Shown: positions 25,223 through 40,365 of the stretch, piece after piece
How the letters are laid out: the number at the start of each line of letters is the position of its first letter
How positions within the stretch are numbered: position 1 is the stretch's first letter
DNA from: the human T2T-CHM13v2.0 reference genome, Homo sapiens
Reading direction: 5' to 3' (one strand)
NCBI RefSeq assembly: GCF_009914755.1
Contig: NC_060937.1
DNA length: 64,000 nucleotides
Notes under the pieces: generated by a model
The model's database searches: none
What the model saw: the letters and a program-made list of their open reading frames with translations, nothing else
Told to the model about the DNA's origin: nothing
Program-made: the position numbers and the translations under genes

Positions 25223-26009
25223 CACAAAGCAAATTGATGGATAGCCCAAATTAACACACTAACACAGAAATATTGGTGTTGTTAAAATATTTATAATTTA
25301 CTTTGAAATACTTTAAGATTGTGAGATGAAGCTCATTCTGTTTGAGTTATATAGTATCTGATCTGACACTGGTAACAATCAATTGCCCTGAGTGAGAATC
25401 TACACTCCCAGGTAGTTAGTTAACATTGTATCATTGAGCCCAAGCACACTAGAGGCAGCACTCAAGCCCTTCATTTATCTATCTCTTAATTGACACATAA
25501 AGTTTTATTTATTAGCATATAAAATCCAATACAAATAGTTGTATTGGCAAAATTCACAGCTTGTTTTGGAAAAATGAATAGTCTCTTATTGACAATGCTA
25601 AAAATAAAGAAAATAGACTGGACAACATGGTTTATAGATACTTGCCATCATGTATGCAGATATCATTAAAGCCCAGAGGGACCTGAGCCCTATTCCTTCA
25701 GAGATGGCATGATTGGCAAACAAGTCTTTGATGAGCTGCTTGCTCAGAAGCATTTCTTGTTGCTGATTTTAAATATATCAGTGATAGGCTCTTATCTCTG
25801 GATCACTGATAACTCTGCCAAATGTTGACTTTTCATAAAATATGATGAGACCATCTAAAGTACAAAGAGTTGAGACTTCATGGAGACAATAGGATAGATT
25901 TTATGATTGCCTTTATCCTTCTTTCTAAAGAAAATCTGATTAATAAATGCCTGTTTGTGTGGAATAATTTGCTCTAAGATTTAGTTTGATATAACTATCA
26001 GAAAAAGAA

Positions 26010-26626
26010 AAGAAAAACCAAATAGCCCTGACATCAAGGAAATACACTTGTCCTAAAAGTTAGGCCTTGGGATTATGAAGAATTGGCCTGGTGTGCATAC
26101 ATAAGCCATGACATTCTTCTGAAGAGCAGTCACATAGCAGAGCGACATCACACAAGATTTAAGACTGTGACCATAATGAAGTAGGGGGAGAAAACCACGA
26201 AAAATACACCACTCTGGTCTTTTTTTTTTGTCTGAGCATAGACAGAAACAAGGTAATTGAGCAACTACAAAAATGACCAGGTAGTCCTTTTACTTCTAGC
26301 TAATACAAGTGACTAGTGATTCTTTATTAATTACAGCCTTAATTTCCTTCTGTTCTTCCCACCTTCTAGATAATGGTAATATGTAAAATCATAGAATTAT
26401 TCCCACTTCCTGATTGGATTTAACCTACAACAAAATAACATTTTCTTACACCTTGTGCACAATTACCTAACACAAGCACAAATCCTGTAAGTTCTTCCCA
26501 ACACCCTCTGACTAAAACATCCCCAGTTACACGTGTGTCCTCCCTTTCTGCAACTTGGTGATCAACATGAGTTGTACAACTACAGATCTGTTCCCACTGG
26601 TCTCTGATGATGGGAGGGCATTGACA
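26010..26626 (+). mobile_element. MER67/MER31-group ERV1 LTR
   Basis: 3' terminus tacaactacagatctgttcc..ggtctctgatgatgggagggcattgaca and internal tgtctgagcatagacagaaacaagg. The start coordinate is approximate. Confidence 0.6.
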
Positions 26627-27459
26627 CTTAGGAATGCTCTAATTCCAATTCTTAAATGTTCCTCTATTTTTATATGGTAGAAACCATTTAGTTAAAAATA
26701 ACACTAAAGATTTTAGCTGATAAAATTTAAAGCAAGGTTCTTTAACAAGGATGTGTGTATTTGAATAGGGTCCCTGGTTCTAGAATTAGTCAACACTTTG
26801 GCATAGGGCTTCCTTGAGATATTTTACTCCCTATTTCTTTCCACATTAATATTAAATATTAAGTAGTCATAAGGAAAATCCTCTGTCTTAACAAGTTTGG
26901 AAATGAGATATTTATATTACAACATGGCTTTACCAACTAAACTTTGTGTTTTGCCCTGCTGTCACTCTGTAGTCTCATTCAGTTATAAAAAACGCTTAGA
27001 ATGATCTCAAAATCCTGTTTGTTGCTTTTATTCGCATTTAGATGATAGAGTAAATGCTCTTTATTTCTGGCTCATAATTCATTCTATTTAAAATTATTTT
27101 CACCACTGCTCAATTTTGAAAAATATTTTGTACATCTCTTCCCAATGACATTGGCAACCTAAATACTGTGCTTGTGTATATGCAAAATTGAACTAATGTA
27201 AAGCAGATTTTAGTAACCTAATTCTTTTTAAAATTAGATTATTTTAATTTTGTTAATGTTTTTATTTTACAACAAATTACCTATAGATGAAGTTCTGCTA
27301 TTAAAACAGTATCAGATTAACCACATCCTAAGTTATTAGCATACTTTTTTTATATAGAAAAGATATGCTGAAGTTCAACCTCTATGTTATCCTAATGTGT
27401 GTATAAAGTTCTTGGTATTGTGTTGATGAATTTGTTTACATCCAAAGAATGTCTATTTC

Positions 27460-27780
27460 TTCTTGATGCTATGACAAGCCATGTAACAAAGCTTCCTTGA
27501 CGATAAAAGGTCAGGTAGATATAAAGGGCCCATAAGAAGAATACTGGACAAAGAGGTGAAAGAGAGAGAGAGAGAAGCCTAGTCCAACTCCACTTCTTCC
27601 AGCAATTCCAGCTGAGCAAGGATAATATAAATCTGATAATATAACTGTAGGCATCTTGGATACTTCAACCTCACTTAAGCTGCTAGCTGATTGCAGATAC
27701 CGGAGTGAGTGAGTGAGCCCAGCAGACATTCCTTGGAGCAGAAAGGAGCTGCCAACTGAATACAGTCCAAGTTACAAAAA
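27460..27780 (+). mobile_element. MLT1G/H-like MaLR LTR fragment
   Basis: ttccagctgag..ggcatcttggatacttcaacc..ctagctgattgcag..gagcagaaaggagctgccaactga. Confidence 0.55.
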
Positions 27781-28148
27781 CAGTCAACTCTTTTAGAGCA
27801 AGGACTCAGTCATCATCATCACTGCATCCCATAGGCCTAAAGCACTTAGTAATACTGTTGAAAAAAAGTGAATTGAGAATAACCTGACATGAAGAGATGG
27901 ATTGAGGCTTCATGAAATCATAGGATAGAATCAAGTAAAGAAAGCCACTGAGAAATGGAGTCATCTTATATGAAACATATTTGGGGAGGGAAACAGCAGG
28001 GAGACAGTGATGAGCCTAAGAGAAAGGATGTAACCATCTTCTTAGGGCACTTTATAGAAACATTGATGTCTCATAATGTAATGAATAAGTACTTTCTTAA
28101 AAATCGCATTGATACTGATGAAAATTTATAAATATTAATATAATTCAG

Positions 28149-28433
28149 GGCTGGGCGTGGTGGCTCCTGCCTGTAATCCCAGAACTTTGGGAGGCCTAGG
28201 TTGGGGGTGCTCACCTGAGGTCAAGAGTTCGAGACCAGCCTGGCTAACATGGTGAAACCTCATCTCTGGTAAAAACACAAAAATTAGCTAGGCATGTTGG
28301 CAGGCACCTGTAGTCCCAGCTACTTGGGACTCTTGAACTCCGGAGGTGGAGGTTGCAGTGAGCTGAGATTGTATCAATCCACTCCAGCCTGGGCGACAGA
28401 GCAAGACTCCATCTCAGAAAAAAAAAAAAAAAA
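28149..28433 (+). mobile_element. AluS with an approximately 17-bp right-arm deletion, followed by (CA)n at 28435-28457
   Basis: Full dimer with A-tail. It reads tacttggga|ctcttgaac and lacks ggctgaggcaggagaat. Confidence 0.95.
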
Positions 28434-29254
28434 TACACACACACACACACACACACATATTACTTCCTGGATCATTCAGGACACAGGTCAAATGTCCCCC
28501 ACACCATAAAGCCTGCCCTAACTTCCCAAGTCAGAGTAAGATCCTCCCTTCTCACTGCTCCCACAGTACTTGGCTCAGTGTGATCTCCATGTGAATGCTT
28601 ACTACTTGGTACTCAAACTTCCCATTTACAAATTTCTATAGGCCAGAGAGTATACTCTAAATGCTAAAAGTAAAAAGAAAGAAAAAACCCAACAACAAAA
28701 GCAAAACAAAACAAAAACTCTCATTCCCCTAACTTGTCAAATAAGAGAATGAAAGAACACATTTTGAAACTATTCAGTAATACATAAAAGCTAAAAGCTA
28801 TGTACTGTTACAATAGCAGTAACCAGCTTTGCACTCATCCTCATCTCTTCTCCAAGATCTCTTACATTTCAATTTCTATTCTAAGTTACTTACAGTGGAA
28901 ATTTCTAGCTTTTCTCTGTAAATCTGCAGACTAAAATGATCTACACTAGTGCTGAGGCTTCCATTAGCAGGAACAATTGCAGTTAATATAACTCTTCTAA
29001 AGGACAAGTTATTTCATTATAATCAAAATGGAATTACATGCTTCCCCAAGATTAAACAAAGATGTTTGGTAAGCAAAAAACTCTACTTTAGCCTCTGAAG
29101 TCACTTGTATTTTAAGAAAACAAGTAAATGTATTTTAGGGGGGAAAAAAGTGACTCAATTCAAAAGAAAGTGTGCATGACGCACATCTCTCCTATTAATG
29201 GAGTATAAGTTATTTCCATTATGTCCATACATGTTCCACAGTGTTTACTTCTTT

Positions 29255-29640
29255 TTTTATTCAACACATTCTCATTAAGTAACCAAAATGTGCCAGGTTC
29301 TCTTCTTAGCCCTAAATATACATCAGTACAAGACAAAGTTGCTTTAGCAAGTGAAGTTAAAACAATGCATGTAAAACATATCATCACAACAGATAGTTGC
29401 ATGTGCAATTAAGAAATGGCTCAGAAAGAGTAGAACTCTAGATGTGATGATGAGGTGAGCAGGAGGCCACTTTACCACTCTCAGGAAGGTTTCTCAGAGG
29501 AAGTGATATTTGTGCAGAAACCTGAATTAAGTAAGAAATATTCAGAGATCTAAGTAAGATCATTTCTGACAAAACGCTAATCATGTATTTGCAAACGTCT
29601 TGTTATAGAAAAATTGTGGTATGGTAGAAGGATAACAGAG
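29255..29640 (-). mobile_element. L2 3' fragment
   Basis: ttattcaacacattctcattaagtaaccaaaatgtgccagg...tcaggaaggtttctcagaggaagtgatattt. Confidence 0.7.
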
Positions 29641-29954
29641 AAGAATTTTTTGAAGTAAATCTAGGATATCTGTTAAAATACATTGAGACATAATCTGGCA
29701 TAATTACCAAATAAATAGTTACTAGGTTTATTATTCTGTGATACACACAAAACATTATTATGCAATGTTGTGCAATATTTTGCTTTTAGGCAGTGGTTGT
29801 ATGGTTTAAACTCACTTTATAAGCAATTAGATTATGTTGGGGTGTGAGGGTGAGTATCAAAATTTCTTTCTTCCATTCCCTATTTACTCCTCTATCTGGA
29901 TTTAGAAACAACTGATAAACAAAGGAAAAATAAAAAGATAAGAATGTCAGCTTA

Positions 29955-30089
29955 GGTCACCTAAGGTCAGGAGTTCGAGACCAGCCTGGCTAACATGGTG
30001 AAACCACATCTCCACTAAAAACACAAAAATTAGCCGGGCGTGTTGGCGGGTGCCTGTAGTCCCCACTACTCGGGAGGCTGAGGCAGGAG
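29955..30089 (+). mobile_element. Internal Alu fragment (no 5' end, no tail, no visible TSD)
   Basis: ggtcacctaaggtcaggagttcgagaccagcctgg...gggaggctgaggcaggag. Confidence 0.92.
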
Positions 30090-33000
30090 TTATTTGCAAG
30101 TTGGAGGATATAACATAACTATAGATAAGTGAGTTCCTTAATATGACATTCCAGAATTAGGTGCAGATTTAATTACATAGTCTTTGGCAAAGATGAAACA
30201 CTCCACGTAGCTTCTATCATGAAGCCCAGAGCAGACTAGAATATATATGTTTTCATAGTTTGGCCTGTAACCAAAATAGAGCCCAGAACTATTTCACGTC
30301 CAGAAGAATCTCTCTCACATCTAATTTCCTTCTCCACAGACCAAGACTGTTACTCTAGAAAAATCTTTCATAAAGAATTAAAATAAATTAAAACTAAAAA
30401 TCACGCCTAATGGAAAAACATAAAGGGAAAGTGACCCTATGTCTTAATTAGCTGAGGACAGACCCAGTTAGCATTACTGATTCCACCAAATTGGTTTGTG
30501 GTAGCCACTTCTACTATAAACGACCCCAGTCACTCTAGGAATGTGTGTCCTCTACCAGTATATTCACATTTTGCTTCTTGTCTTTGGAAAGACATTTCAA
30601 TTCATTTCATTTCTCACAGGTATAAAGAAATGCTTTAAACAATGAGAAACTTCTATATTTTCACTAAACAATTATGCTTATGCAGGAGGCTGATTTCAAT
30701 ATTAATTTAAATTAAGAATAGAGTGATCTTCATTTTAAAAATATTTTCAGTTATTATTAAAAGATATACCCATTACAAGTCTGGAATAAAAAGTCCTAAT
30801 GAACAGAATAATTTCTAAAAGACCTAACAAGATTGACAGTCTCATCACTGACTCTCATTTTAATTAGGTGGTCTCCCTCTTGTATGTGGTTTTCACTGCC
30901 TGCTCAGATCTACTCCTCTAAATTCTTTCTGTTCTAACTTATACCATCGAATATTATCCCTAGTATCTCTTGTTCAAAGTACTGTAAAACTGCCAAACCC
31001 ACAAATCAGCACTTTATTTCATCACATTTTTAATGAGGCGTATTTAAAAAGTTTATTAGTGGTAAAATTCAAATTGTAAGAAATTACAACTTATTCATAG
31101 AACTAGCTGCATTACATTCAAGTTTCCTATTTGATCTCACTTCAGCAGAATTAGTTATTAGGTATTTCATATGAGTTATTTGGTTGACATGATTTAGATT
31201 TACTAGAACTCAGTTGCTAAATTTTGGAAACATTTTCTAACTCTTTTGCTAATAGGAAAGTAATATATCCTTTTAAAAGAGGAAAATTTTTTTCACACGT
31301 GTGCATAATTACATGCTTCTACAAGGGATGTTTTTCTACATTGCCAAAAAACTTTGACAACCAGGCTTTAAATTTCCTTCAGACTAATTCCTTTACATTT
31401 TTTATATTTTAGTCATGGATTGCTTTATTCTTGAATGACACATTTCATATTTACTATTCTCCCCTTTCTAATACTTTTTATTATAAGAAATTTGATCAAA
31501 TTCTTTCATACTGGATTATATAAAAAAAAGAACAGTTTGTTTTTAGTGTTTAAAAGCTATTAAATCATCTCAAGCACACATACACGTTTCCAAGAATATA
31601 AATTTTATGGGACCACAATGCAATAATCAAAAGAAGACATTATTCTTTAGTGTTCACAATAATATAATGCATTACCTAGAAAAAAATTACATCTCTGAAT
31701 TATGTGCTAAAAGAAAATGGAACAGTATTTCTCAATAAATAACATCTATGTATTGGACTATTTTACCATTAAGTACAACTGATATTTTTTCATCAAACAT
31801 GTAATAGATAAAATAATCATGCACAGATCTCATATTGAACACTTCATAAAAATGTATTGATATTTGTATTACAGCCAAATTTTTCAAAGCAAAATTATTG
31901 TGGACCAGATAGTTAATTGTTTCCTCATGTTGATTTTCCTGAATTCTATTAGTCTTTTAATGAAATAGACATTTTCTCTATTGTGCCCTAGTTAGAAGAC
32001 ATATCCCCTAGAAGAGCTAAATAGCTATCTTACGTCAAAAGATCGAAGCCAGTATTGAAATTGGCAGAACATTTATTCATGTTCACTGGCTGCTATGCGT
32101 CAGGCACTTTTCTAAGTACAGATGGAACTATGAACAAGGTAGATGAAAATCTCAACAATCATGTAGCATTCATTCAAGTGGATATTAAAAAAAAATACTT
32201 CCAGGAGAAACACAGGGAACACAATTGCTGATCTTCTAAATCACCTCTTAAAAATGTACTGTTCATCGAAAAGGAGGGCATCTCACCATGAAGGCCAGCT
32301 TCATATAATAGTATCTTAAGTCCTCTTTTTTCCTCCTCTTTCTCTGGAGCCAGTTTCTTCCTTCCTACTCTTTGGACAAAACTAAGAGGAATAGCTATGA
32401 GGGGAGATAGCTAACCTCCACTACAAAGTTCAAATTATTTAACTGCATATGGCAACATTCCAGGAAACAAATCTATCTTGTAAAAATCTCATGTTGCAAT
32501 CAGTCACCACATAACACACATTAAAAATTAATGAGTGGTTTGTGGAGCCTAGGACCTCAACAACAAAATCAAAAAGCTCTGCTCTGACATCCTTCTAGAT
32601 TCTACCATAATAGAATTGCCCCAGGTACACTCAGAATATTATAGAAGAGAAATGAACTTGTTTAACTTTTTGTTCTTTAGCCTTTATTACAGCAGCCAAA
32701 CAATAATACAGCAAAACAATGAGTAAATATTGAATGAGTTTACAAACTTGCAATTGTTATTCATGAAAATATTATGCATTTACTCATTTCTACGTACTAT
32801 ATATGAAATATAGTCCTTATATTTCAGTACTACAGGGAAGTAATAATTTTATTGATGGAAATTGTTCCATCTAAAAAATAAACAGCAATGAAATTTAAGT
32901 AGTTTAAATGCACCTGTTTTGAGGTTAATATCAGGGTTGCAGTATAATTTTCTATGAAAATGTCTACTCATTCTAAATGAAACTTTCATCAGTCACTAGA

Positions 33001-33129
33001 TACCATATGTTATAACTAACTAGTATTGTATGTTATATTGCATTTATCTGGCATAGAATATATAAATATTTCCCAAGTAATTAAAATTAAGAAGTTTATG
33101 ATTGGCTACACTTGGCATTATCAGGCTAA

Positions 33130-33132
<3 letters not shown>

Positions 33133-33184
<52 letters not shown>
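33133..33184. repeat. (TG)26 microsatellite
   Basis: Perfect dinucleotide run. Confidence 0.98.
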
Positions 33185-33186
<2 letters not shown>

Positions 33187-33191
33187 TTTAA

Positions 33192-34028
<837 letters not shown>

Positions 34029-34148
34029 TATCTAAATCTGAATTTATCTTTTATTGATTCTTTTTCCCTACCACTTTAAATTTATCCTATGTTGTGCATT
34101 TTGAGAAAGCCACAGATAAGATATGGCCAGAGCTCAGAAGAAGAATAC

Positions 34149-34537
34149 TGTATTAGTCTGTTCTCACATTGCTATAAAGAATTACTGGAGAGTGGGTAAT
34201 TTATTTAAAAAACAAATGTGGTTTAATTGGTTCGTGGTTCCACAGGCTGTACAGGAAGCATAGCTGGAGAGGCCTCAGGAAAATTATAATTATGGCAAAA
34301 GGCAAAGATGAAGGAGTCAAGTCCTTACATGGCCAGAGCAGGAGGAAAGAGAGCTGGGGGGAAGGTGCCACCCTCTGTGAAACTACTAGATCTCATGAGA
34401 ACTCATTAATTATCCAGAGAACAGCAAGGGGGAAGTCCACCCCTATGATCCTCTCACCTCTCACCAGGCCCCTCTTCCAACATTGGAGGTTACAATTTGA
34501 CATGAAATTTGGCTGGAGACACAAATTCAAACCATAA
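34149..34537 (-). mobile_element. MSTA solo LTR
   Basis: tgtattagtctgttctcacattgctataaagaa...gacacaaattcaaaccata. Confidence 0.9.
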
Positions 34538-35280
34538 AAATGTACCATGTCCTCCATATACTCTCTGCAAAAGCAGTTCTTTAGCCCTCAAAACATATCC
34601 AATTGATATGAAAAATAGGAAAATATTTGCTTGGAATATATTTTGAAGTACAACACATTTATGCTTCAATAGGAAGCATAATCGCACTAATACCTACTTA
34701 TTATCTAAATGCTTACTTGGAATAACTCATGTAATTCAGCCAAAAACATAATGAGTTGTTATTTTTCCCCTGTGTAAATAGGAAACCAGTCACAAACATT
34801 TAGGCAGTTTTGCCAAACCCATTCTTTTATGCTTTCAAATGTCAGGCATTCAAATCCTAGGACCATCATTCTTTAACAAATTCTAATAACATCCAAAACA
34901 TTAGCATTTGGTATTTTAAGATGAATAAATTCTTTATTCATACCATAATTACATTGTTTTACAAAACCAGTGGCATCCATTTTCAATTAAATAAAATTAT
35001 CTTTAAGCTAATAAAATGCTCACTTTGCAAAATACCCCCACTTTCTGTCAGCCATAGAACATTTTCATATAAAACCACTGATTTTGTATCACAAGTATGT
35101 GCTTAATCTTGTTATTATTGTCTTCATACTAAGAAATATTTTGTTTTATCCTAAAATTTGGGTCATCTGGAAGAAAGCTCCTTTCAATACTCCCACTCTA
35201 AATCACCAGCAATGGCAGCATGCAGCCTCTGTTCCAATCACCTGGAACTCTTTCCTGCTTCCCTAAATATATAATGTTCC

Positions 35281-35490
35281 AAAATGTATCAATCTATTTT
35301 CTATAAAGGGCCATACATTAAATATGTTTGGTATTATAGGTCACTGAGGCAGTGCTAAGGTAGCTATGGACAGGAAGTAAATAATAAGCAAACACATGGA
35401 TGTGGCTGGGCCCTTATATACAATACCTGTATTTACCAAAACATGCAGCAGGCCAGATTTGATGAACAGTCCAGGGTTTGCTGAACCGTG
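35281..35490. mobile_element. MER58-like hAT MITE
   Basis: ttttctataaagggcca...tatttaccaaaacatgcagcaggccagatttg...gtttgctgaacc. Confidence 0.6.
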
Positions 35491-37503
35491 TTCATACATC
35501 CCATGCCTTAAATGCCCTTCACTTTCATATATGCTTATTACAATGTTCTGGTCATTTTTAATTTCCAAAACCAATCTGTTTCCCCATGAGACCTCACCAG
35601 AGCTCTTTGTTCAACCATACCAGCCTCTTTCTCTACAGTGGTCCTATGTAAATGTACATTAAAAACAATCACAAATCACAGCAGGCCAGACATTTTAGTT
35701 ACTTGTGCCTGCGTGTGACTACTTGTTGTTTTCAACTTGGTTACTCATCATGTTATTCCCCCATAGTACCTAAGATAATGACTTATTCATGTGAAGAATT
35801 TATTCATATATGGAAGTAAAAATCCATACAAATCCAAGATAGAAGTAATTAAAAATCCACATATATACACACACATATATATACACATATACATATGGAT
35901 TTATAATTACTTCTATCCCAACCCATATAGCCAGGATTTTATCCATACATATAAGGATTTTAAGTGAATTATTTTTAAAAATGTATCTATCACACTACAG
36001 ATCTGGGAATTTTGTATGAGAAGTTACAACTGAGATTGTATCTAAACAATGCCAAAACATCTAGATTAAAAGTGAAACATTCGGTCAACCATGACATTGT
36101 TTCCAAGTATCTATATGCTTGGCATTGGGAAAGGAAAATATTTAGATGATGGATGTTACTTTTCAGTTTCCATCTGGATGTTTTGGCTTCATGTAGACAC
36201 AGTCTCTGACAGTCAACACTGATGACAAAACAATTTTAGGTTTCAGATTTGGTTTTTAGCCCACCCACATGGAGGTAAACAGATTAGTTTGAAGAAGAGA
36301 AACTGTTGAATGTCTAATGACATTTATGCTTTCAGCCAAGAGAAGTCTCTGAGGAATGATGATCTCCATTTACATCTTCCCTGACTGTAATTCTACCCTG
36401 TTTCATAGAAGAAAGTTGGCCTGGAAATATCCCCAGCTCAATTACCCAGGCGTATCACGAATTTTCAGTAAGACCCAAGTCACGCTGGGCCTCCACATCC
36501 AGTGGGGAGAGGGCAATAATTCTGTCCACTATGGTCAACACTAAGAATTAACTGGCTGGAATTGTCTTTGCAGTTTTCATAATGAAATATATCTTCGGGA
36601 GGTAACTGGGAGAAACATGGTTATAATGCGATAGAAAGATATGTTTTTTGGTTCATTTGAAAAGGGCTTTGGATTCTGCTTTGCATAGAAGCCAATCGAG
36701 ATAACATGTAAAACTTCAAGAATACTGCATATTTACTTATAAAACAAATACACTTAAAATCTCTGTGAAACTTTGAAAATAAAAAGTTTAGATTGGTTTC
36801 AGAGTGACTGTGTGCAGCAGAGAATTATCGAGTACATATCTGGGTGAACTGTAGGTTAATTATATGGGATTTTCAGAAGTTATTAATGGATGAAATACCC
36901 GCATGCACACACACATATCTAAAACTATAAAAGTGAACCAGCACACACTGGAATATTAATATATACATGTACAAAAACTTATACACACATCAATCTAAAT
37001 ACCACAATTCAGCTATTTTAAATGAAACTAAATTTAATCTACCATGTTAATATTTGTTTGTTTATAGTCTTTTGTAAAACCACAAAATTGTATTTGATAG
37101 GATACTGGTCTTCAAACCATATTTATCTTCAAATAATAATTTAACAGTAAAATAAATAAGAATTAGTGATTTTATCTTTTCAGGCTATTGAAAATTTACA
37201 ATTTTCATCACCACTGATCGAAATATAGGATTCAGCTATGTTTAGCCTTCTTAGCAGTCTTAATCTTTTAGTCTCATCCCTCCAGAGTGATGAAAACAAA
37301 CTTCTATCTTGATTTATATAGCCAAGCTTACTGTCTGATTGGATAATGGATGTGGTCGATCCCACATTTTATCAATGCTGTTAAAACTCTTGCAGTTTAG
37401 ATAAGCGTAATTGGCACTATTAAAAAGAAATATTATTCATTCTAACATAGCCTGTTGTGGAATTTATAATATCGAAAGACTAGTAAATAGTATACAGAAG
37501 GGG

Positions 37504-37805
<302 letters not shown>

Positions 37806-40164
37806 AGAAGGGCTTTTCTAAAACTTCACTTAATTGCAACTTTATTTGCACTGTGTTATTCACTATATAGAGAGAGGCTATGTCTAACATTTGTATATCA
37901 TAAGTTAAAATTACTCAAAAAACTTAAATCAATATCCTACATATTTTCAAATTCATGATTGGCTCTGCACTCTATCATCCATTGTAAATATCATGTCTGA
38001 ATTTGGAACAATATTAAACCACTTGGTATTTGTAGTCATTTACAAGTCTAAGCTCTTATTGCTCTTACATTCAATTGTGTGACTTTAATCGGTTATAAAT
38101 TTTTACATGGGATAGAACTGTATATTACATTTTATTTGAATTAGCATGTTTCTGGCAGCAAATAACAGACACAAATATTAGTGACAACTTCTATGGAGGT
38201 TTATCATCTACTATAACAAGACTTGAGATAGGGCAAGTGCTTAATCCAACAGATTAAAACACATTCGATAATTTAGGTTTCTTTAGGCTTGTAATTTCTT
38301 TCTGTTATCCATTTTCAAAGTTGGTTAGCTTCTCTTGAGAGCTACACATTTCTAGATATCACTCCTTATATAAATATATCCAAAGGTTATGAATGTTTTG
38401 AAGACTCAGATAGCAACAAAGTCTCCTACAAGGGACTTTCATCTGTAAAGCACAGTTACCTTCTCCACTGTGCTTATGTTCTTGTCTTTGGAGGCAATGT
38501 ACCTTATAGAACGCTCACAGGACATTGAGGTCCTTGAAACTTCTAGTAAGTGACTTAAAACATGAGATTTTACAGTTTAATCATTTTGTCTATAAAAGAA
38601 ACAAAATAAATACATACTTCACAGAGTTCTCCTGTGTGTTTAAATAAATTATGAAAACAGTACTGCACAAAATAGGGCAGGCTTGTAATAAAGTTTTATT
38701 TAAGTATTTATTTTATGTATTTAAAATTTTTAATTTTAATAAACAAAACCTAATACTTTCTAAAATTATGTATTTATTTTATTTACCACATAAGTAAATA
38801 AAATTTCAATTAAAATATTTCTAGATAGCCCAGCCTCCATATGTCCTGGAATTTCACTGAATACTACAATGACCAGATCCCATATAAAAGCATCTTTATC
38901 AAGGTTGGTTTTTCATTCTTTCCTAAGGTTGGCCTTGTTTTCAGCCCCCAGCAGTTATAGGCACCCAGAAGAAATCAGTTCCATTCTTTATCAATGAAGC
39001 TGCTATATCAATGTGACTTTATGGGAATACTTGGGTTATACAGGTTGATTGGGCCTCTCCTTTTTCACTTTAAAGTTTCATATTGTTGAAATATTTTTTA
39101 TTTGCCCCAGAAATAATGTGAAAACAGGTCATTTCTGGGAGATTCCATATTTCCTATTTTTCATACTCACCTGGATATCCACCTTTTTCTCTTTACATTT
39201 TTATCTCAGATAATCACTTCTTTTATAACTTTTGCCATTCTTGCCAAGGAATTATTTCAATAGTAGATTCTTTCACTATATTTCTGCCAAAGTCTTTTGA
39301 TAGTTACCATATTTTACTTAATACTATTTTGAATGTTACTCTTGAGTTCTACTGGCCATTGTCTCTCAATTTCATGAATATATTTTCTCTAAACTGTTTG
39401 TACAACATTACTATTAGAATCAAATGACAGGACTGGCTCTGATGTGCGTTAAACCGAACACACCCACGTGGATTGGGAGTAGCCATGGACCAAGAGAATG
39501 GACCCCTGGAACCCTTGATCTCCCTTCCAGGACACATTCCTGGCGTGGCATCTTCTACCCAATCACCATAGGCCAACTTTAGGACCTACAAGTGTTTCTT
39601 CCCTATGTCCATCTTCCATATAATACCTTTTAGCCTGTGAAACTCTAAGTGTTGATTAAGGTGCAGCACTTTAAGGGGGTTATGGTCACAGCAAATATAT
39701 ACAAGCTGAGATAATCACCCAGGTTTAGAAGAGTCTTCCTGTATTGATAAACAGAGCCACGATGTAGGGGTGAGTAAAAGGATGAGTCTCAGGTGAGGGG
39801 CCGGGTGGCCATCCCCAAGCCACATAATTCATAAATGCAAATTTGATAAACATAAATTTGAGAATTCTAAATTTGAATCTAACTTTCCATTTCATTAAAG
39901 GGCATATCTGTTAAAGTACTAGGCTAGAACCAGTTTTCTTTAGCAATTTCTTCTCTTGATTTATAACTGCTAAATATTAGCTAGTAACACATTGGCCTAC
40001 ATTTGTATTATCTCCAGGGTTCCCCAGATGGGAGGTTTAGGACTGTTTGTATGCTCTGATTCAATTTTTCTGTAAGGATTTGTAAATTCCGTTGAGCGTA
40101 TTCTTTAGACTGTATTGACATATTCTCTTTACATAGAGGCATAATTTTGTCATCCTGAAGAGAA

Positions 40165-40365
40165 AGGACATTAGAACATGATTACCTGTGTTCAAACCCA
40201 GTTGTGTGAATTACTCAAATCCTCTGAACACTATGTGCCTCAATTCCTCATCTAGCAAATGCGAATGATTATTTTACCTGTCATATAGGATCCCTTAAAG
40301 AAGAAATAAGATAATATATGTTACTGACTTAGAACAGGACTTTGGACATGGTAAACTTTAGGCAA
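40165..40365 (+). mobile_element. MIR
   Basis: Core tgtgcctcaattcctcatctagcaaatg; also acctgtgttcaaaccca. Confidence 0.7.
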
